DNA of 64,000 nucleotides from Candidatus Omnitrophota bacterium (GTDB lineage Bacteria; Omnitrophota; Gorgyraeia; Tantalellales; Tantalellaceae): NCBI GenBank assembly GCA_028715965.1, contig JAQUQS010000002.1, positions 13,368 to 77,367 of the forward strand, read 5' to 3'. Shown piece by piece: positions 58,390 to 64,000 of this stretch (position 1 is its first letter; each line of letters starts with the position of its first letter). The notes under the pieces were generated by a model. It saw only the letters and a program-made list of their open reading frames with translations, ran no database searches and was not told where the DNA came from. The position numbers and the translations under genes were made by a program.

Positions 58390-59262
58390 TCACGCCCGCG
58401 GATGCGCCTTAGAATACATCTCCCGCAGGCGCTGCGTCCCGAGATGGGTATATATCTGCGTGGTCGACAGGTTCTTGTGACCCAGAAGTTCCTGCACGCT
58501 CCGGAGATCCGCGCCGTTGTTCAAAAGATGGGTCGCGAAAGAATGCCTTATGGAATGAGGCGATATCTTCTGCTCTATACTGCATTTCTTGACGTATTTA
58601 TCTATTATCCGTCGTACACTCCTGTCCGTGAGCCGTTTCCCTGACTTGTTGAGGAAAACCGCCCTGCACACGGCTGTCGGGATCGTTCTTTTCTCCTGTA
58701 AGTATCTCCTTATCCACCTCTGCGCTTCCTGGCCCAGAAGCGTTATCCTTTCCTTTTTGCCCTTGCCTCTCACTTTAGCCAGTCCCGCTATAAGATCAAT
58801 GTCATCGTCATTAAGCCCGACGAGTTCACTCACGCGCATGCCGGTAGAATACAGCGCCTCAAGTATGGCCCGGTCCCTTATCCCCCTCACAGTATCGGTC
58901 TCCGGCGAGGTTATCAGTTTCTCCAGGCCCTCCTCGTCCAGGAATACCGGAAGCTGCCTGTCCAGTTTAGGCGTGAATATACCTTCCGCGGGATTGGACG
59001 TTATGTACTTTTCCCTGGACAAAAAACGGAAGAACGACCTTATTGCCCCCAGTTTCCGCACAATAGTGCGTTTAGCGCATCCCCTGCCCTTGAGTTCCGC
59101 CAGGAAACTCCGAAGGTCCAGATGATTAACGCTGCCGGGGTCCTTGCCCTCCAGGAACGAGGCCAGCTCCTTAAGGTCGGTCCTGTAATTACGCAATGTG
59201 TGCGTGGAATAGTTCTTTTCGACCTCGATATACTTGGAGAACTTATCGATGAACCTGTCCAT
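58390..59262 (-). CDS. xerC: tyrosine site-specific recombinase XerC/XerD
   Basis: R..HxxR...Y catalytic residues (HSIRHSFATHLL ... TQIYTHL); the dprA-topA-xerC context resembles Bacillus codV. Confidence 0.75.
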   Translation of the reverse strand: MDRFIDKFSKYIEVEKNYSTHTLRNYRTDLKELASFLEGKDPGSVNHLDLRSFLAELKGRGCAKRTIVRKLGAIRSFFRFLSREKYITSNPAEGIFTPKLDRQLPVFLDEEGLEKLITSPETDTVRGIRDRAILEALYSTGMRVSELVGLNDDDIDLIAGLAKVRGKGKKERITLLGQEAQRWIRRYLQEKRTIPTAVCRAVFLNKSGKRLTDRSVRRIIDKYVKKCSIEQKISPHSIRHSFATHLLNNGADLRSVQELLGHKNLSTTQIYTHLGTQRLREMYSKAHPRA

Positions 59263-59263
59263 A

Positions 59264-61366
59264 TCACGCCTCTTCTGGGGACTCAGGGGTCTGGTCCTGG
59301 TCGGTCTCCCCGGACGGAAGCCTTCTGGTGGTGAAAGTGCACTTCGGATAGTTCGTGCACCCGTAGAATACGCCTCTTACGGATTTACGTTCTACAAGCT
59401 CTCCATCGCATCCTTCACTCGGGCATTTCACTCCGGTCGTTATCGACTTGGAGTGTTTACACGCGGGGAAACCCGAACAGCTCATGAACCGCCCTCGCCG
59501 ACCCCATTTTACCACCATGGGTTTGCCGCATTTCTCGCACACCTCATCGGTCTCCACCACATGTTTCTTAACGTTCTTCATCCTTGTTTTGGCCTCGGCC
59601 AAACGTCCTTCGAAAGAGCTGTAGAACTCGCGTACTACCTTTATCCACTCTTCGCTACCCTCTTCGATATAATCCAGCTCATTCTCCATGTTGGCCGTGA
59701 ACTCGTAATCGACTATGTTCGGGAAATTATCCAGGAGCAGTTTGTTGACCAGTTCTCCAAGCTCCGTGGGCTGGAGGCTCTTACTGACCCTCTTGATATA
59801 ATTGCGCCCTATTATCGTCTTGATTATAGGGGCGTACGTTGACGGCCTGCCGATACCTTTTTCCTCCATCATTTTGACAAGGGAAGCGTCGGTATATCTG
59901 GCCGGAGGTTTAGTGAAATGCTGTTCCGGGACAAGTTCCACAAGCTCGGTCTCCTCCCCGATATTCAGTTCAGGTATTTCCGGCGCCTCGGACGCATAGT
60001 CCCTGTCCTCTATGTATACCTTCAGGAACCCGTCGAACATAAGACGGGCTCCGCCGGCCCTGAACCTGTACTCCCCGGCATCTATATGTACCGTTAACAC
60101 CGAATATACGGCGTTGGTCATCTGGCTGGAAAGGAATTTTTTCCAGATCAGGTTATAAAGCTTATATTCGTCTTCCGTAAGATACTTCCTGACCTCCACG
60201 GGATGCCGTAACGGCAAGGTAGGGCGGATGGCCTCGTGGGCCTCCTGGGCCCTTTTTTTCGCCTTATACTTAGGCGGTTCCTCCGGGCAATAATCGTTGC
60301 CGTATCTCGACAGGATAAGCTCTCTCACCGCGGATTGCGCGTCATCCGATATGCGTACGGAATCCGTCCTCATATAAGTAATAAGCCCGACGCTTCCTTC
60401 CTCCCCGAGCTCCACCCCTTCATAAAGGCTTTGTGCTACGCTCATGGTCTTGGAAGCCGAGAACCCGAGTTTATTAAAAGCCTCCTGCTGCAGGATAGAT
60501 GTGGTGAACGGCGAACGGGGATAACTTTTCTTGTCTTTCCTGCTCACTTCTTTTACGACAAAACGCTCGTTCTCCAGCTGGGCGGTTATTTCGTCCATAC
60601 GCGGTTTTTCGTGTACGGATATCTTCTCGCCTTTATATTTGACAAGCTTGGCCTTGAATACCGGGTCTTTCCCGTCCGTTTCGCCGTTTTTTTTCAGGAC
60701 CGCGTCCAGGCTCCAGTATTCCTGGGGCTTGAACCGCCTTATCTCCTCTTCGCGTTCGCATACCAGCCTTACCGCCACGGACTGCACCCTGCCCGCGCTA
60801 AGGCCCCTCGTTATCTTCTCCCACAAAAGGGGGCTCAAGGAATATCCGACTATCCTGTCCAACACCCTCCTGGCCTGCTGTGCGTTGACCTTGTTCATGT
60901 CTATCGTCCGGGGCTCATTGAAAGCTCCCTGCACGGCCTTGGCCGTTATCTCTTCGAAGCTTACCCTATGTATATCCTTGGTGATCTTCTTATCCGCGTC
61001 CAAGAGGTTCTTAAGGTGCCAACAGATGGCCTCACCTTCGCGGTCAGGGTCAGCCGCGAGGTATACGGCGGTCACGCCCTTTGCTTCTTTCTTGATGTTC
61101 TTAAGGTATTTTTCCCGGCCCTTCATCACGGAATATTCTGGCTTGAAATTATCCTTAAAATCCACGCCCATCCTTGAAAGCGGAAGATCGACTATATGAC
61201 CCATACTGGCCACGACCTTATATGCCTTTCCAAGTATCTTGTTTATGGTCTTCGACTTGGCGGGAGACTCGACCACGACAAGATATGAGTCCCCCTTTGG
61301 AGCGGCTTTGGCTTTTTTTCTGGTCGAAGCTTTTTTTGCTTTTCCCGGCATGAGATCCCCTTCCAT
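59264..61366 (-). CDS. topA: DNA topoisomerase I
   Basis: Toprim N-terminus (LVVVESPAKSKTI), active-site Tyr region, and C-terminal Zn-ribbon repeats. Confidence 0.95.
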   Translation of the reverse strand: MEGDLMPGKAKKASTRKKAKAAPKGDSYLVVVESPAKSKTINKILGKAYKVVASMGHIVDLPLSRMGVDFKDNFKPEYSVMKGREKYLKNIKKEAKGVTAVYLAADPDREGEAICWHLKNLLDADKKITKDIHRVSFEEITAKAVQGAFNEPRTIDMNKVNAQQARRVLDRIVGYSLSPLLWEKITRGLSAGRVQSVAVRLVCEREEEIRRFKPQEYWSLDAVLKKNGETDGKDPVFKAKLVKYKGEKISVHEKPRMDEITAQLENERFVVKEVSRKDKKSYPRSPFTTSILQQEAFNKLGFSASKTMSVAQSLYEGVELGEEGSVGLITYMRTDSVRISDDAQSAVRELILSRYGNDYCPEEPPKYKAKKRAQEAHEAIRPTLPLRHPVEVRKYLTEDEYKLYNLIWKKFLSSQMTNAVYSVLTVHIDAGEYRFRAGGARLMFDGFLKVYIEDRDYASEAPEIPELNIGEETELVELVPEQHFTKPPARYTDASLVKMMEEKGIGRPSTYAPIIKTIIGRNYIKRVSKSLQPTELGELVNKLLLDNFPNIVDYEFTANMENELDYIEEGSEEWIKVVREFYSSFEGRLAEAKTRMKNVKKHVVETDEVCEKCGKPMVVKWGRRGRFMSCSGFPACKHSKSITTGVKCPSEGCDGELVERKSVRGVFYGCTNYPKCTFTTRRLPSGETDQDQTPESPEEA

Positions 61367-61372
61367 GTATAT

Positions 61373-62521
61373 TTATAACGTTCCCGTACAAACCCTGAAG
61401 AACCTGCCTGGCAGTTGCTCTACAAGGCCTTCCATCTCCATTCTCAAAAGTGTTTCCGAAAGGTCCTGGACCCGCACACCAGAGCCCGCGGCTATATCAT
61501 CCACGTGCACGCTCCCCTTGCCGGAAAGCGCTTTCATAATAGACCCTCCACATGCGCTCGATACGCAAGGTCCGACAGCTCTATCCACCGGGACCGGCCG
61601 GAAGCATTTCCCGGAGGGAAGGCCGGGCCATATTTCCTCTATTACATCGCCCACGTCAGATACGAGCTTCGCCCCGTTCCTGATAAGGGAGTTGGTCCCG
61701 ACACTACAGGGTGAATCCGCCCTTCCCGGCACAGCGAACACCTCTCTTCCTTCCTCAAGCGCCAGTGAAGCTGTTATCAAAGCCCCGCTCCTGGCGGCGG
61801 CCTCGACCACGACCACTCCCTTTGCCATCCCGCTTATCATCCTGTTCCGGCGTGGAAAGTTCCCCCTACGAACAGGGGCGTCCGACACGTATTCCGTGAC
61901 CACCGCGCCCATGGCGGATATTTTATCCACCACGGCCTCGCTGCCGGAAGGGTACAAAGAACCGAAACCCGTCCCCATCACCGCGATGGTCCTTCCCCCA
62001 GCCCTTAACGCGCCCATATGAGCGGCGGTATCTATGCCTTTAGCCATACCGCTTATGACAGTTATGCCTGCCTCCGAAAGCCCGCGGGCGAGCTTTTCGG
62101 CCATCTGCATGCCATATATCGTGCAATTCCGCGAACCGACTATCGCCACGGAATTATCGTCAGCTTCCAGTATCTCCCCTTTATAGTACAACACAGGTGG
62201 CGCGTCATAGATATTACTGAGCGGCCCGGGATATTCGGCATCCTTTACGCACAGGGCCTTTATCCCTGAACCCTCCATGCGATCGAGTTCTTTAAGAAAA
62301 ACCGTGTTCTCACGGGCCTTTCGGATGTCATCGGGCTCGGCCGCGGAGCGTGGTCCCAGGACGTAACGCATACGCGCGTCCCCGAGCGAAAATATCTCTC
62401 CCGGGTCTTTAAGTTCTTCCAGTATACGTGAGATCGCGACAGGGCCGATCCCGGGAGCCATGGAAAGCGCCATGATATCGTAGCATACCCGGCTCATGCC
62501 GGGGACAGGTCCGCGATTCAC
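61373..62521 (-). CDS. dprA: DNA processing protein DprA (Smf)
   Basis: DprA Rossmann-like core (GIDTAAHMGAL, VVVEAAARSGALITA). Confidence 0.85.
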   Translation of the reverse strand: MNRGPVPGMSRVCYDIMALSMAPGIGPVAISRILEELKDPGEIFSLGDARMRYVLGPRSAAEPDDIRKARENTVFLKELDRMEGSGIKALCVKDAEYPGPLSNIYDAPPVLYYKGEILEADDNSVAIVGSRNCTIYGMQMAEKLARGLSEAGITVISGMAKGIDTAAHMGALRAGGRTIAVMGTGFGSLYPSGSEAVVDKISAMGAVVTEYVSDAPVRRGNFPRRNRMISGMAKGVVVVEAAARSGALITASLALEEGREVFAVPGRADSPCSVGTNSLIRNGAKLVSDVGDVIEEIWPGLPSGKCFRPVPVDRAVGPCVSSACGGSIMKALSGKGSVHVDDIAAGSGVRVQDLSETLLRMEMEGLVEQLPGRFFRVCTGTL

Positions 62522-63042
62522 CCTGCGTCCTCCATTCTCGCGTCCAGCGAATCCTTTACCTCTTCCAGTATATCGTCAACGCTCCTGTCATCCGTATTTA
62601 TATGTATATCGGCCTTTTCGTAAAAAGGCCTTCGGGCATCGAGAAGTTCCTTTATCCTCGCCACGGGATCAGGGACATTGAGAAGGGGCCGGTGCCCGTG
62701 CTTTTTCGTGCGTTCGTATATCGTATCCGCGTCCGCCCACAGGCAAAGGACCACGCCGCCATCTTTCAATACGCGCATATTATCCTCGTCCAGCACGACA
62801 CCCCCGCCGGTGTCCACGACCTGTCCGCTCTTTTCCATCACATCGCTTACTATGTCCTTTTCCAGGCGGCGGAAATACGGTTCACCTTCATCACGGAATA
62901 TATCCGTTATGGGGCGTCCTTCGCTGGAAACAATAAGATCGTCAATGCTGACATAACGCATACCGGTAATATGCGCCAGTTTTTTCGCCAGGGCTGTCTT
63001 CCCTGTGCCCATGAACCCGACAAAGACCACGTTCTTTTTCAT
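62518..63042 (-). CDS. aroK: shikimate kinase
   Basis: P-loop GFMGTGKT and an AroK-like body. Confidence 0.9.
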   Translation of the reverse strand: MKKNVVFVGFMGTGKTALAKKLAHITGMRYVSIDDLIVSSEGRPITDIFRDEGEPYFRRLEKDIVSDVMEKSGQVVDTGGGVVLDEDNMRVLKDGGVVLCLWADADTIYERTKKHGHRPLLNVPDPVARIKELLDARRPFYEKADIHINTDDRSVDDILEEVKDSLDARMEDAG

Positions 63043-63064
63043 GACATTACTTTCCGTACACCGT

Positions 63065-64000
63065 TCAGATGTTCTTTATGCCCTCGATATACGCTTTATA
63101 ATTCCGGAGGACCTCTTCCATGGAATCCCCGCCGAATTTATCCATGATAGCCGCCGCAAGTTCAAACGCTATGACCGCCTCTCCGACGACACCGCACGCG
63201 GACACGGCGCATACATCCGACCTCTCGGTCGACGCCTTGGCTTTCTTCTTGCTGTAAATATCCATGGTATCGAGCGGGGAGGACAATGTGGCTATGGGTT
63301 TCATGAACCCTGTGACGACCACCATTTCTCCGTTGGACATCCCGCCTTCGATACCTCCGGCGTTATTGGTCATACGCACGAATTTTCCGGAAGAATTATC
63401 ATAACTTATCGGGTCATGCACCTCTGAACCTTTCCTCAAGACATTCTCCACGCCTTTTCCGATGGAAACGGCTTTTACCGCGGGTATGGCGATCATGGCC
63501 CTGGCGATAGCGCCATCCAGCCTCCTGTCCCACTCGGCGTAGGACCCTAGTCCCGGAGGGACCCCGGTGGCCAGCACATCAAAAGTGCCGCCAAGTGTAT
63601 CTCCCGCCTCTTTGCATGCATCGATCAAAGCGCACATCTTCTTTTCCGCGGACACATCGGCACACCTTAACACGGATACAGCCGGGTCCGTCCTCTCGCG
63701 TATATCCCCGAAACCCAGGCCTTCCGTCACGGCCATTACCCCCCCAATGGATGTAACGTGGCTTAGTATCTCTATCCCGAATTCCCTGAGGAACAGTTTG
63801 GACACCGCTCCTACCGCGACGCGCATGGCTGTTTCCCTCGCGCTGGCCCTTTCAAGCACGGACCTGGCGTCTTTGAGCGAATATTTCTGTATACCGGCCA
63901 TGTCCGCGTGCCCCGGACGCGGGGTGAGCACATCAGCAAGCTCCTCTATCTTATGGTCCTGGTTAAGGATGATCATGCTTATGGGGCTACCTATGGTAAG
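63065..64000 (-). CDS. aroC: chorismate synthase (N-terminus beyond window)
   Basis: RPGHAD...SARETAMRVA and GGRSSARE-like motifs. The open frame continues past the first in-window ATG to the window edge. Confidence 0.85.
   Translation of the reverse strand, partial: LTIGSPISMIILNQDHKIEELADVLTPRPGHADMAGIQKYSLKDARSVLERASARETAMRVAVGAVSKLFLREFGIEILSHVTSIGGVMAVTEGLGFGDIRERTDPAVSVLRCADVSAEKKMCALIDACKEAGDTLGGTFDVLATGVPPGLGSYAEWDRRLDGAIARAMIAIPAVKAVSIGKGVENVLRKGSEVHDPISYDNSSGKFVRMTNNAGGIEGGMSNGEMVVVTGFMKPIATLSSPLDTMDIYSKKKAKASTERSDVCAVSACGVVGEAVIAFELAAAIMDKFGGDSMEEVLRNYKAYIEGIKNI

Noticed and set aside
58390-59262. xerC as a marker of a mobile element or genomic-island boundary
   Set aside because: It sits in the conserved dprA-topA-xerC housekeeping arrangement. 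No att-like repeats or cargo genes flank it, and waaA follows directly.
1-64000. CRISPR arrays, IS elements or transposases, integrases other than xerC, rRNA and tRNA
   Set aside because: No tandem direct repeats with unique spacers. No transposase or integrase-like ORFs apart from the chromosomal xerC next to topA/dprA. No intergenic region is long enough or shaped like an rRNA or tRNA gene.

Overview
64-kb window, moderately GC-rich (roughly 55% by eye), from a diderm (LPS-making) bacterium. Every protein-coding gene I can support (about 62) is on the minus strand; all long plus-strand ORFs in the track look like antisense shadows. Gene content is mostly core housekeeping, listed here in genome order right to left. 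At the right end: aroC (partial), aroK, dprA-topA-xerC. Then a large lipid A / Kdo / heptose core cluster: waaA, lpxK, an LpxL-ELM1 fusion, a GT4-GT9 fusion, GT4, three GT9 heptosyltransferases interrupted by a macro-domain / secreted-protein / DoxX triplet, trxA, an rfaE kinase domain, kdsB-kdsA-kdsD-kdsC, queD-queC-queE-queF, lpxL, an lptC/A-like gene and lptB. These are followed by hpf, tig-clpP, serC-like/serA, a Pro-rich secreted protein, purA, an OmpA-like lipoprotein, uppS-cdsA-dxr-rseP-ispG-proS, and an unusual four-gene module (ArsC-like LMW-PTP / STAS / FNR-like flavoreductase / MORN-variant secreted protein). The left half continues with rimP-nusA-infB, trpS, scpA-scpB, an aromatic amino-acid operon (pheA, HisC-family aminotransferase, DAHP synthase, tyrA), cmk, plsC, rpsA and a nitroreductase. 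At the left edge is a giant ORF of at least 1549 codons, absent from the ORF track, with a signal-peptide-like N-terminus, running off the window. I found no rRNA, tRNA, CRISPR array or transposase. Several ORF-track starts use GTG/TTG and overextend N-termini; I trimmed them where motifs, RBSs or coupling overlaps allowed. The giant ORF, the ArsC-like/STAS module, the macro-domain gene inside the heptosyltransferase operon and the two fusion enzymes are the most interesting candidates for further work.
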